A DNA stretch of 64,000 nt from a virus, in the IMG/VR virus record IMGVR_UViG_3300048913_000208; one strand, given 5' to 3'. Positions within the stretch are counted from its first letter, which is position 1. The number at the start of each line of letters is the position of its first letter. The notes under the pieces were generated by a model. The model did not search any database, was not told the origin of the DNA, and saw nothing but the letters and a program-made list of their open reading frames with translations. A program made the translations under genes and the position numbers. This document shows, piece by piece, positions 1-8,941 of the stretch.

Positions 1-318
1 ATGGAGAATGGAGGGCCTTTTGAACCAGCCGTCTATGAGACGTGGTTTGCCAATGTATACAGTAAGGCCCATGCAGTACCAACCGTGAGTGCCCATTTGC
101 TGGACGCTATTCCAAACAATTTCCAGGAAGAGCGAGGGCGATTACTAACCGTTGCCCACGCAGAACGAATAGACCTGTTGCGCATTCTGCCAGCGCCTCG
201 TGACTTCGACGTCACAGAGAACGGGATTACCTTCTTCCTGGAAGGCGACATTTTGATGATGGGGACTAACAGTGCAATTGAAAGAGCCTGGAGACAGCTG
301 TCTCATCGATTTCCATGA
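1..318 (+). CDS. hypothetical protein (possibly 5'-truncated by the window edge)
   Basis: First ORF of a contiguous + strand chain; true start may lie outside the window. Confidence 0.6.
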   Translation: MENGGPFEPAVYETWFANVYSKAHAVPTVSAHLLDAIPNNFQEERGRLLTVAHAERIDLLRILPAPRDFDVTENGITFFLEGDILMMGTNSAIERAWRQLSHRFP

Positions 319-718
319 CATCGCGTCATGGCTGGCCCACGAACTGAAGAAGAACGATATCGACTTCAACAGACGTGATCGTGTTCAATGCGGCGAGGTG
401 GTCTGGGCAGTTATCGATAACTTCTTCACCGAGAAGATGACCTGGACTAAACGCCGTGCTGAGTTCTCGGCTGAAACGTACCTTAGGATGATGCCAGTAT
501 CGATCGACCGACATTTCAGTCCGCATGACTTAGCGGATGAGCTTATTACCAGAGTAGATCAGTGGTTACGTCAATTTGCCGAATTCCCAACATGGCACTA
601 CTTCGACCTCCATCGCCACGGTGAACAGGTTTCGATCACCATGGGGGAAGACTTCCGTCTCGAAGACTGGATGAGGCGTTTCGGGAAGGAGTATGGTTGT
701 GGCGAGCACTCCTGGTAA
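272..718 (+). CDS. hypothetical protein
   Basis: 148-aa ORF, GTG start after GGGGA, overlaps neighbours in an operon-like chain. Confidence 0.7.
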   Translation: MQLKEPGDSCLIDFHDIASWLAHELKKNDIDFNRRDRVQCGEVVWAVIDNFFTEKMTWTKRRAEFSAETYLRMMPVSIDRHFSPHDLADELITRVDQWLRQFAEFPTWHYFDLHRHGEQVSITMGEDFRLEDWMRRFGKEYGCGEHSW

Positions 719-1232
719 TGTCATCGTCTTAGAAACCCGATCGTGGTACCGTCGTTTGAAAAGGGCTTTCGAGGAAGGTGGTGACGACATCTTCTACGCT
801 CACGATAAACCAATCGAACTGTTATTGGCCTCCGCGGTTAGTACGTTTGATTGGATGGCTGAAACGCCGCACCAGAAACTGGACAAACTCAGAATCACCC
901 CTGAAGCCAGAGCGGTAATCACCAACACGGTTATTCAATTCACAGAACACGTACGCCGTGAGGTACGCCTGACTGCTGAGTTTGACTGGACGTTCACAGA
1001 GGCTCGGATCTTCCCCGACGACCATGTGATCACAATTCATTTTCTATTGCCCGGAGGCCCCCGTGAGCAACGATTCGAAGATTTCCTCGAAGCTTGTCGA
1101 GAAGCTGGAGAGTTCATCCCCCTCGACTTCGACAAGAAGTTACGTGACTTCCGATCACTGTCTAGAGACACAGACGATCGGGAACCGTTTTCATCGATTC
1201 ATTCTTACCTGCGACCATCTCGGTCTCGATGA
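693..1232 (+). CDS. hypothetical protein
   Basis: 179-aa ORF with AGGAG upstream of the ATG. Confidence 0.7.
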   Translation: MVVASTPGNVIVLETRSWYRRLKRAFEEGGDDIFYAHDKPIELLLASAVSTFDWMAETPHQKLDKLRITPEARAVITNTVIQFTEHVRREVRLTAEFDWTFTEARIFPDDHVITIHFLLPGGPREQRFEDFLEACREAGEFIPLDFDKKLRDFRSLSRDTDDREPFSSIHSYLRPSRSR

Positions 1233-1647
1233 TGTTGCGCAGTCAACCAACCTCGACCCAGCCCCGATTCTGGAAGCTGCGTTGACGCTGGCGTTCCTGA
1301 ACGATACGCGTGCGTGGGAAGGTCTGATGTTGATGACCAACCAACCACCAGAGATGGACAACATCGACAATCTGGCGGTGATGCTCGACTCCTGGTACTC
1401 CCAGTACAAGTCAGCAATGCTGCGGACGTTCTCGTTTATCAAGGACATGCTCAACGTCACCGATGTAGTAATGGTAGACGGCAATCATGTCTTGATCGAG
1501 GTGATCGAAGAGTACGATCTCTCCCAAGCCGAAATCGACAAGTTTGCCGAGCTGGCTAAGCGAGCCATCGAAGATGACTTCGTAGCCCGCATCAAGTCCG
1601 GTGAACTGTCCCCACCTCTTGGCACGGCCAATGATCCCTTGGAATGA
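1063..1647 (+). CDS. hypothetical protein (start uncertain, probably later than 1063)
   Basis: C-terminal ~130 aa is protein-like and fills the gap between flanking genes. Confidence 0.65.
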   Translation: MSNDSKISSKLVEKLESSSPSTSTRSYVTSDHCLETQTIGNRFHRFILTCDHLGLDDVAQSTNLDPAPILEAALTLAFLNDTRAWEGLMLMTNQPPEMDNIDNLAVMLDSWYSQYKSAMLRTFSFIKDMLNVTDVVMVDGNHVLIEVIEEYDLSQAEIDKFAELAKRAIEDDFVARIKSGELSPPLGTANDPLE

Positions 1648-1666
1648 ATGGAAGGAAGGCAGAGAA

Positions 1667-2062
1667 ATGACGCGTCGTAAAGTAATGCTGGATATCGATC
1701 GAGATGCCGGCAGCGCGGTGTTGGCTCTGGCGGACTACGTCTCCAACCCGCTCGTAAAATCCCAAGTGATCCGCAAGACGTACAGTCTCTTGCTGGTATC
1801 GCTCTTGTTGGAAGGAGACCATGATGCATTCGACGGGTTTGAGCGCATTCTCAATGATCTCGATAAAGTCAAGGAAATCGAACGGGAACGACTGTACGGG
1901 GAGTTCCTTGGCCTGAGTGGGTTGTTCATCGGCAAGTACCGTCGGTACAAGTACCTGCTGATGGAACTGGAGAATATCCTCCCGAACGATCTCAGAGAGT
2001 TCCCCGAAGAGATCTTCACTGTCGAGTGGTCACGACACGGCGATGTACTGGTGGTCTCATGA
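1667..2062 (+). CDS. hypothetical protein
   Basis: ORF-track frame 1601..2062; ATG 1667 follows the upstream stop; ATGA overlap with next gene. Confidence 0.7.
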   Translation: MTRRKVMLDIDRDAGSAVLALADYVSNPLVKSQVIRKTYSLLLVSLLLEGDHDAFDGFERILNDLDKVKEIERERLYGEFLGLSGLFIGKYRRYKYLLMELENILPNDLREFPEEIFTVEWSRHGDVLVVS

Positions 2063-2484
2063 GGGAATACAACGAAGATGAGCCATTTGTCTTCGATGTT
2101 GACCAGGTGCTGATCGATAAGGTAGAACTTGCGATCAGCTGTCTTGAGTTGACTGAGGACTATCAAGGTTCGACTCGGGAGGAGATCAGCGGTGAATTGC
2201 TGAGGGCGTTGTTTGAGTTCTGGGTAGAGTGTGAGTACCAAGCTCTGGCCAATCTCGTAGACATCCTTCAGGAACACTCTCACGACCACCACGTCGAATC
2301 CGATGTCGGTATCATCGAGGAGATCTCAGTTCTGCACGGCAGTGACTATCGGGAAACTCGCCGGATAGTGAAGTACCTGAAAGACTATCTGCGACACGAG
2401 GATAGTCAGATCTTCTTCGATAGGGTTTACCTCCCAAAGTCAGGCCGTGTGATCTCCGTTACAATCTGTCGAGAGAGGATGTGA
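2059..2484 (+). CDS. hypothetical acidic protein
   Basis: ATGA overlap at 2059-2062; GTGA overlap with next gene. Confidence 0.7.
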   Translation: MREYNEDEPFVFDVDQVLIDKVELAISCLELTEDYQGSTREEISGELLRALFEFWVECEYQALANLVDILQEHSHDHHVESDVGIIEEISVLHGSDYRETRRIVKYLKDYLRHEDSQIFFDRVYLPKSGRVISVTICRERM

Positions 2485-2801
2485 TGGAACGTACCGAAAC
2501 ACTCATGATCGAAATCAGCAGACACCACGGTATCGAGGAAGATACCGTGGCTTATATGCTGTCGTGTTGGATATTGACGCTGGCTAACTACGAACAGTGG
2601 TTGGAAGATGACGTCATCGAAATCTTGCAGGAGGACTACAACCTTGATGCAAATGACATCGAGCGAGTGTCCAGTTATATCCTCAATGCTCTAGAAGGAG
2701 CCGGCGTTCATTTCAAGTTAGCTAACCGCAAAGCGTTCTTAGTCAGCGTCAATACTGAAGTCCGACGAGACCTTGCGTGTCTCAAACTCATTTGGGGGTG
2801 A
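2481..2801 (+). CDS. hypothetical protein
   Basis: 106-aa ORF coupled to upstream gene. Confidence 0.7.
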   Translation: MMERTETLMIEISRHHGIEEDTVAYMLSCWILTLANYEQWLEDDVIEILQEDYNLDANDIERVSSYILNALEGAGVHFKLANRKAFLVSVNTEVRRDLACLKLIWG

Positions 2802-2804
2802 CTG

Positions 2805-3173
2805 ATGTCCAACCTAATCCCACTGAACCGCATTCCGCATCGCGTGAGTTTTCACAGCGAGTGCTTAATTGGATACAGGACGCAAGAGCAGCTTTCGTTT
2901 GCGATGTCAATCCTGCGTATCCGAGCTGGGCAGTTTGCAGAGCAAATGCCGTTTGCCAATCATCAGCTGTCGTGGCCACCGCCGTTTGGGATGTTTCCGG
3001 ACTTACCGCGGGGTCACCCAGCACTCAGGCTGTACGACTTGCTGTACAACACAGTGGGTCAGTGCGGGTTTCCCGTAACGGCCCTGGAAGACATTGAGGT
3101 CATCTCCCATGATCCGAAATCACTTACGGTCATCGAACTCAACAAGCGACGACAGGTCATCAGCGTCCAATAA
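2805..3173 (+). CDS. hypothetical protein
   Basis: 122-aa ORF starting 3 nt after the upstream stop. Confidence 0.7.
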   Translation: MSNLIPLNRIPHRVSFHSECLIGYRTQEQLSFAMSILRIRAGQFAEQMPFANHQLSWPPPFGMFPDLPRGHPALRLYDLLYNTVGQCGFPVTALEDIEVISHDPKSLTVIELNKRRQVISVQ

Positions 3174-3552
3174 CCGCGGCGATAAGTCCTACGTCGTAGT
3201 TGATGTGACTGACCTGACCCGCAAGTTCATTAACCAGGTGGATTACGAAGTATGTGATTTGGGGTATGACCTTGCCGGCATTCTCACGGATTACGATTCG
3301 ATTAAGTCTCCACCGACTACCGATCCAGGGCTACTCGCGAAGAAAGCCATGGAGTTGTGTGACAAAGGCCGAGTCAAAGATTTCGAAGACGCGCTGATCG
3401 TTGCCGATTACGTAGTCAACTCCTTCTACCCAGCAATAGCTCGTTACACAAAGCACTTAGGGTATGTTGGAGCAAAGGTAGTCGAAGGTACAGTCAGTCT
3501 TACCGGTGCTAACCGGAAGATATACTGTAACGTGATAATGATGGTCGTTTAA
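3094..3552 (+). CDS. hypothetical protein (start uncertain)
   Basis: Protein-like from about residue 30 onward; fills the operon slot. Confidence 0.65.
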   Translation: MRSSPMIRNHLRSSNSTSDDRSSASNNRGDKSYVVVDVTDLTRKFINQVDYEVCDLGYDLAGILTDYDSIKSPPTTDPGLLAKKAMELCDKGRVKDFEDALIVADYVVNSFYPAIARYTKHLGYVGAKVVEGTVSLTGANRKIYCNVIMMVV

Positions 3553-3570
3553 ACTGACTGGAGAACCCGA

Positions 3571-3909
3571 GTGGGAGAACATTCCTTCATTGGGTATAGT
3601 CCTAAGTTCTACTTAGCTCTGCAGGCACTAGCCTATCAAGAGTTCCAGTACGAGCCCTGTGACACTTACCCGCCGCAACACAGTTGCCACCCCATGGATT
3701 ATGAGGAGCATGTCCAGTTGTGCCTCAATGCCATGTCTGGCAACGATAAGGCTTTCGAAGAAATAGAGCTGGGCTACGGGTGCTTCTATCTGGAACAACT
3801 CTTCCTTCAAGTGGATGATGTGAATCTCTTCGACCTGATGCGTACGGGTCAAGTGAAGTCCCTGGAGTTTGATAAGGACGGCTATTACCTGGCTGTCTTG
3901 GAGGAGTGA
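3571..3909 (+). CDS. hypothetical protein
   Basis: GTG start with GGAGA upstream; GTGA overlap with next gene. Confidence 0.7.
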   Translation: MGEHSFIGYSPKFYLALQALAYQEFQYEPCDTYPPQHSCHPMDYEEHVQLCLNAMSGNDKAFEEIELGYGCFYLEQLFLQVDDVNLFDLMRTGQVKSLEFDKDGYYLAVLEE

Positions 3910-4310
3910 CGATGAAGTTGGACAACAATGCGGTCGGCCAAACGCTGACCTTCACCACTGTTGCCGGGGAGAAACTGCGTAACTTGAAGTTGATTAGCTT
4001 CTTGGATGCACAGACTCTCCTGGCGATCGGTGAGGACCCGGTGGCAGATCACCGCCAGTACCTGCCGTTCATCCCCGACCCAAAGCCGGTGAGATATACC
4101 GATTACCTCTATGCCAAATTCATTGACGCGAACAGCGTGCCGAGTTACTACGGCATTCCGTGGATCATCGAGACCTCGATCGAGAGTGGCGGTAACGTCC
4201 CTCGGATCATGCGTCTACCTGACGCCACCGACGAGCAGATCGAATCGCTCAAGACCATGGCGCTCAAGTCTGGTATCGAGAACTTCTCGTTCGAGTACGT
4301 CAACCCGTGA
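3906..4310 (+). CDS. hypothetical protein, last of the small-gene operon before the DNA polymerase (phiKZ gp49-like position)
   Basis: 134-aa ORF, GGAGGAG upstream, followed by a terminator; gp49 link is synteny only. Confidence 0.7.
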   Translation: MTMKLDNNAVGQTLTFTTVAGEKLRNLKLISFLDAQTLLAIGEDPVADHRQYLPFIPDPKPVRYTDYLYAKFIDANSVPSYYGIPWIIETSIESGGNVPRIMRLPDATDEQIESLKTMALKSGIENFSFEYVNP

Positions 4311-4315
4311 CGCAC

Positions 4316-4359
4316 ACCTACCCGCTCCGAAAGGGGCGGGTAGGGTGGTCTTTTTTTTT
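4316..4359 (+). terminator. intrinsic terminator
   Basis: Stem CTACCCGCTCC-GAAA-GGGGCGGGTAG followed by a T-tract. Confidence 0.85.
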
Positions 4360-4402
4360 GTTAACGAACGTCCAACTGATGTAGTTAACAGGAGGGAAGG
4401 TC

Positions 4403-4669
4403 ATGAGCCGACTCACACTCACCGTCGTCGATCCCATTGTCGACGAAGAAGAACTCTACAAAGCAATGACGGAGTTCAGGACCAAGTTCGGCCTGCGAGT
4501 CGATCTGGTCCGTGGTACGGAAGATGATTCCGTGTCGTACACCATGCATGATAAGGCGTGGGTATGTTTCCACTGCGGGTCGAGGTTTGAGTCGTCCCAA
4601 GGCGCTGCCGGTCACTTCGGCGATACGCCAGACCAACCCCCAGTGTGTCAACAACGAGAGATTCTGTAA
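4403..4669 (+). CDS. small putative zinc-finger protein
   Basis: AGGAGG RBS; CFHCGSRFESSQGAAGHFG...C motif. Confidence 0.7.
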   Translation: MSRLTLTVVDPIVDEEELYKAMTEFRTKFGLRVDLVRGTEDDSVSYTMHDKAWVCFHCGSRFESSQGAAGHFGDTPDQPPVCQQREIL

Positions 4670-4671
4670 CG

Positions 4672-6798
4672 ATGGCTAACCCGTTTGTTCGCCCAGTAGA
4701 GCAGTACCGTCGTAACCTGGACATTCGCCGTGGTTACGTCCGGCAGAACGCCAAGTACATTTCGCTGATGCTCCGTCGTGGTTACACGGGGAGTCTGAAG
4801 TTCGTTCAAGAAAAGATCAAGGAAGGGAAAGAGCTCGCGATCAAAGATCCGGCCATGACCCAGCTGATCAGCAAAGCCAAAGGACATCGGGTAGAAGATA
4901 CCACCAGTTTCCTGAACTACGTACAGGAGATCACTGACAGCGGTCGTATTGTTTCGCCGTCGATGGTGGTGTACGAACGTCCGGAAGTTGAGAAGTCGGT
5001 TACTGCGGAATGGCAGGACGATAACATCAAAGCCCGTAAGACGTCCAAGAAGGCGATGTTCCAGTTCAAGCAGTTGGGCGAGATGCTCAAGTCTGCATTG
5101 GCGGACTACGACCAGAACGCCCGTAAGATCCGAATCAACTCGGTATCCGGACAGCGTGGCTTTGAAGGTAACGCACTGTATCTGGCGACAGGTCACTCCA
5201 GCCTGACTTCGCTTTGCCGTGCGGCAGCAGGTTACGGTAACGCCACGGTAGAACGGTTCCTCATGGGATCGAAGCACTATCATACGCCAGAGATAGCCAG
5301 GGCAAACTTAATGGCTATCCTAACAATCGAAAACCTCGATCGGATGCAGGAGACCATCACCAAGTACGATCTGGTTTATCCGACCGCTCAAGATGTGGTC
5401 GACATGGTCGAGTACTCCGGTAAACTGTACTGGCGCATCCCGCACGAGCTGGAGAAGTTCTTACAGCTGGCTGAGGGCATGACTCCGCTGGAGCGCGCAG
5501 CTGTTGTGTATTCTGGCGATATGTTCCACGTAGCCAAGCACAACCCGGACATCATTCGACAAATGATGTCCGAGCTGATCGCGTTGGATCTTTCTGACAT
5601 TCCGGACGATATCGATACCGACGTAGCACTGAAGTCTCTGGACGCTACCGACATCGCTTACGTGAACGCCTTGTGTGCTTCTGTGCTCAAGGGTACAACT
5701 CACGAGCTGGTGAAAGAGAACAATCCAGAAGGTTGGAAGACCATCGGTAAGACTGCTCAGAAGTTCATGCAGTCCTCTGCGAAGTGGTCCGACTTTATCT
5801 CTGGTCTGTTCGTACCTGATCACCTGCCCCCAACTGTGGCGAGTCTGAAGTCTATCCAGCGCCGTGCCTGTCTGGCAGCGGATACTGACTCCTCGATCTT
5901 CACTACCGAATACTGGGTGCAGTGGTACTCGGGTAACATGATTCGTGGTGAGGTTAACGACCGGATCTGGTATCTGGCGACGTACATGGCGTGTCAGTGC
6001 ATTGCGCACTCGCTGGCTATGTTGTCTGCCAACGTTGGTGTGGAAGTTGCCAACACCTTCCGTCTGGCGATGAAGAACGAGTACGGCTTCCCAGTCTTTG
6101 CTCGGACTAACTTGGCGAAGCACTATTACGCCTTGATGTCGATGCGGGAAGGTAACATCTACGAAGAAGACGAGACTGAAACCAAAGGCGTGGGGCTGCG
6201 TGGTTCGTCCACCCAGAAACAAACGCTGCAAGGCGGTGACCGCATGCGCCGTAAGATCCTGGACGCTGCCAACAACAGTGAACAGATCTCGGCCAAAGAG
6301 CTGCTGGAAGAAGTGGCTAAGTTCGAACTGGACACTATCCGTTCGATCATGCGCGGTGAGTACACCTACCTGAAGTCTGCGTCGATCAAACCTGAGACCA
6401 ACAAGGTCCCTTACTTCGAGATGTGGCAAGAAGTGTTTGGTCCAAAGTACGGTGAATCGATTCAACCGCCTATCCCTGTGGTTAAAGTCACTACCGAGTT
6501 GGTGAACAAAACCAAAACGCAGGAATGGCTGGCTGAGATCGAAGACCGCGCGTTGGCTGAGCGCATGATTGCGTGGATGGCGAAACACGGCCGTACAGAA
6601 CTGCCGACAGTGTATCTGCCGACCATGTCGATCAAGCAGTGTGGGTTGCCTGTAGAGATTCAGTCTGCGGCAAACGTGCGTAAGCTGACCTACCAGATCA
6701 ACGAAGGTTTCTACCGCACGCTGGAATCCACCGGTCTGCACATCGTTGACCGAAACAACTACCGTTTGGTGTTCGACTTCCTTGGGATGAAAATATGA
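4672..6798 (+). CDS. family B DNA polymerase, polymerase-domain subunit of split PolB (phiKZ gp50-like)
   Basis: Motif B-like KIRINSVSG and motif C ADTDS; located upstream of chimallin; ATG 4672 chosen by RBS. Confidence 0.88.
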   Translation: MANPFVRPVEQYRRNLDIRRGYVRQNAKYISLMLRRGYTGSLKFVQEKIKEGKELAIKDPAMTQLISKAKGHRVEDTTSFLNYVQEITDSGRIVSPSMVVYERPEVEKSVTAEWQDDNIKARKTSKKAMFQFKQLGEMLKSALADYDQNARKIRINSVSGQRGFEGNALYLATGHSSLTSLCRAAAGYGNATVERFLMGSKHYHTPEIARANLMAILTIENLDRMQETITKYDLVYPTAQDVVDMVEYSGKLYWRIPHELEKFLQLAEGMTPLERAAVVYSGDMFHVAKHNPDIIRQMMSELIALDLSDIPDDIDTDVALKSLDATDIAYVNALCASVLKGTTHELVKENNPEGWKTIGKTAQKFMQSSAKWSDFISGLFVPDHLPPTVASLKSIQRRACLAADTDSSIFTTEYWVQWYSGNMIRGEVNDRIWYLATYMACQCIAHSLAMLSANVGVEVANTFRLAMKNEYGFPVFARTNLAKHYYALMSMREGNIYEEDETETKGVGLRGSSTQKQTLQGGDRMRRKILDAANNSEQISAKELLEEVAKFELDTIRSIMRGEYTYLKSASIKPETNKVPYFEMWQEVFGPKYGESIQPPIPVVKVTTELVNKTKTQEWLAEIEDRALAERMIAWMAKHGRTELPTVYLPTMSIKQCGLPVEIQSAANVRKLTYQINEGFYRTLESTGLHIVDRNNYRLVFDFLGMKI

Positions 6799-6953
6799 AA
6801 TGGTTAATGTATCTGCTCTACCGCATCACGGCTGGTCCAGAGATAGTCCGCAAACCACTGCCGACAACGGTTCCGACAGCGCCGCCACCTGTGCCTTGGT
6901 GTGAGTATTGCGGCTTCTGCGCCCATTGTCAGAATAAGGAGAATCGACAATGA
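6795..6953 (+). CDS. 52-aa Cys-rich microprotein (CxxCxxCxxC), not in the ORF track
   Basis: Manual translation MKWLMYLLYRITAGPEIVRKPLPTTVPTAPPPVPWCEYCGFCAHCQNKENRQ; ATGA overlaps at both ends exactly fill the gap. Confidence 0.65.
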   Translation: MKWLMYLLYRITAGPEIVRKPLPTTVPTAPPPVPWCEYCGFCAHCQNKENRQ

Positions 6954-7366
6954 ATATCGATGTGTTCGAACTGAGTCAGCGGGCCCAGAGTTGCCGTACG
7001 TCGATCAGGGTCCCTCAAGCCGCCCAACAGTCTTCGGAAGAAGTCATGCGGGATGTCGCTAAACGTTTGCCGACCATGAAGGGTTTTGTGATGGCACAAG
7101 CAATAGTCAACGAAGTGATTCAAAACGTAGCGTCGGTAACGTTAGGTCCGCCGACTATCTATCTGGCAATCCGACCTGCCAACGGCGGTGAGATCTTGTC
7201 GGCCGTGTACGAAGGTAAAGAAGGCGAATCGGTGCAAGAGCTGATGATCCGTGCAGCAAACGACGTCACCGATGGCGAGATCCTGCACCTGCACTTCAGC
7301 CAACAGCGTATCGTCAACACCGAAGAACAAGAAGACCTGGCCCAACAAGCCGTCTCCGTCCTTTGA
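6950..7366 (+). CDS. hypothetical protein
   Basis: AAGGAG RBS; 138 aa; ends at a hairpin. Confidence 0.75.
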   Translation: MNIDVFELSQRAQSCRTSIRVPQAAQQSSEEVMRDVAKRLPTMKGFVMAQAIVNEVIQNVASVTLGPPTIYLAIRPANGGEILSAVYEGKEGESVQELMIRAANDVTDGEILHLHFSQQRIVNTEEQEDLAQQAVSVL

Positions 7367-7371
7367 CGGCA

Positions 7372-7402
7372 TACAGGGAGTGGGGATTCCCCACTCCCTG
7401 TA
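7372..7402. terminator. bidirectional hairpin terminator between convergent genes
   Basis: 14-bp perfect stem TACAGGGAGTGGGG-ATT-CCCCACTCCCTGTA. Confidence 0.75.
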
Positions 7403-7405
7403 GTC

Positions 7406-8518
7406 TTATGCTGTTGGTTCTTCAACACCCAACGGATTAGGTAAACGCGATACTACCAGCCCCGTCAATCGATCCATGAGAAGGGCGCTAGCGGCGGTGG
7501 TCAAACCTGTCGTCAGCGTCTTGGCTTCTTCGTTCTGAATCAAAGTCCTGCGGATGATTTTGAGAACATCCAGAAGACGAGAGTCTCCGACGTACTTCAT
7601 GCATTCAAGCACTACAGAAGCCGGGTCCATCTTGAAAGCCTGATCCGCCCAGGCAATCTGGAAACTCGTCATCACATCAGGGAACCTGACGCTGTCCAGA
7701 TAGTTGTCGCCAAAGATCACAGGGATGCTGGAGAGGATCTGGTTCTCATGCATAGCCTTGGACGTGATGTTCTTGACTACAGTTGCTGCCAAGTCGTTGG
7801 CTGGGCCATCTGCCGGGAACTGCTGGAACGTCAGGTTGGTGCGTGCCTTGATGTAGGGGATGATCCCCATGGCCGCACGTACCTTGTTGAAGAAAGCGAT
7901 GTTGAGGTGGCTCTTCACCGCCCCTACCAGAGGAACCTCCGTCAGGAAGTGTTCTGGTGTACCGTCTGGGTTACCGGCTCTCCACAGCTGCCATTGCGCC
8001 GCCAGGAGCGGAATGTCGATAGCGATGATTGCCAAGTCCAACCGTTTGTTGACGGTGAAGTTGTTCATCACCCCCAACTCGACTACATCGATGTCTGTGA
8101 TGGGGTGAGACAGTACCGTTACTGCACTGAGTTTCCGGTAGTCCTTCCACAGATCCATGACCGTCCAATCAAAGCTTGGAGCGGCGATGATGATTTCAGG
8201 ACAGTCGTTGTAGAAGACGCCTTCGGTGAACAACCGCCCACGGCTGTAGGAAGATGTCAGGTTCAGCGTAGGTACGACTCTTCGCTCAGCTGCCCCCACT
8301 GCCTGAATGTATTGCTGTAGATCTCCCTTGAATTCAACAGCGAGGCCGAGCAGGATAGACCGCAGTAAATGCGAGCTGTCCAACCGCCCCGTAGTCCAGC
8401 GCCGCTGGTCCACCAGTTTCTTGTAGTTCTCACCAACCCGCTCTCGCAGGTAGTCCATCCTGGCGTACTGGAACGGCGAGCGATCAAAGATATTCCTCGA
8501 ATCAAATAGCTGGAACAT
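7406..8518 (-). CDS. conserved phiKZ-like protein, probable virion component (gp52-like position)
   Basis: Reverse-strand gene between DNA polymerase and chimallin as in phiKZ; ATG 8518 has a GAGGG RBS. Confidence 0.65.
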   Translation of the reverse strand: MFQLFDSRNIFDRSPFQYARMDYLRERVGENYKKLVDQRRWTTGRLDSSHLLRSILLGLAVEFKGDLQQYIQAVGAAERRVVPTLNLTSSYSRGRLFTEGVFYNDCPEIIIAAPSFDWTVMDLWKDYRKLSAVTVLSHPITDIDVVELGVMNNFTVNKRLDLAIIAIDIPLLAAQWQLWRAGNPDGTPEHFLTEVPLVGAVKSHLNIAFFNKVRAAMGIIPYIKARTNLTFQQFPADGPANDLAATVVKNITSKAMHENQILSSIPVIFGDNYLDSVRFPDVMTSFQIAWADQAFKMDPASVVLECMKYVGDSRLLDVLKIIRRTLIQNEEAKTLTTGLTTAASALLMDRLTGLVVSRLPNPLGVEEPTA

Positions 8519-8635
8519 CCACTCTACCCTCGCTATGTAAAAAGTTACGGACAATATCCATTATATGTGAAGAACTCACATGACCTGTCTGCCGCAGGTC
8601 CCTGGACCGGGGAGAATTACGCAACTCCGCCTTCA

Positions 8636-8735
8636 TTGTATTACCACCACGTTTAAAGATTCGTGGGTGATACATTATCATCGTGATACAAACGTGACGA
8701 TGATTGTGATTAAAAATATCACGTTAGTACATTAC
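8636..8735 (+). promoter_or_regulatory. cluster of candidate early (virion RNAP) promoter cores upstream of chmA
   Basis: TGTATTAC (8637), TACATTAT (8671), TACATTAC (8728) resemble the phiKZ early consensus TATATTAC. Confidence 0.55.
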
Positions 8736-8941
8736 TGTACTGATTCAGAAGGGGAGATTCGATGTAAGACTTTACTTTGGCAATATAAGGTTTGAACCGA
8801 ATCGCATTATACCCGGCTGCACACCGGGAAATCTAGGCCCGATGGGCTCACGACGGTGAGTCGTGATCGGGAATCTCTGACGCGATTAGGAGAAGTTGTG
8901 CAATCCATTATCGCAAGACAATTGTCCTTTAGGAGCAACAC

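Noticed and set aside
4361-4390. Repeated GTTAAC palindromes (also 13266) as an operator or middle promoter
   Set aside because: Only three 6-mers with inconsistent spacing; not distinguishable from chance
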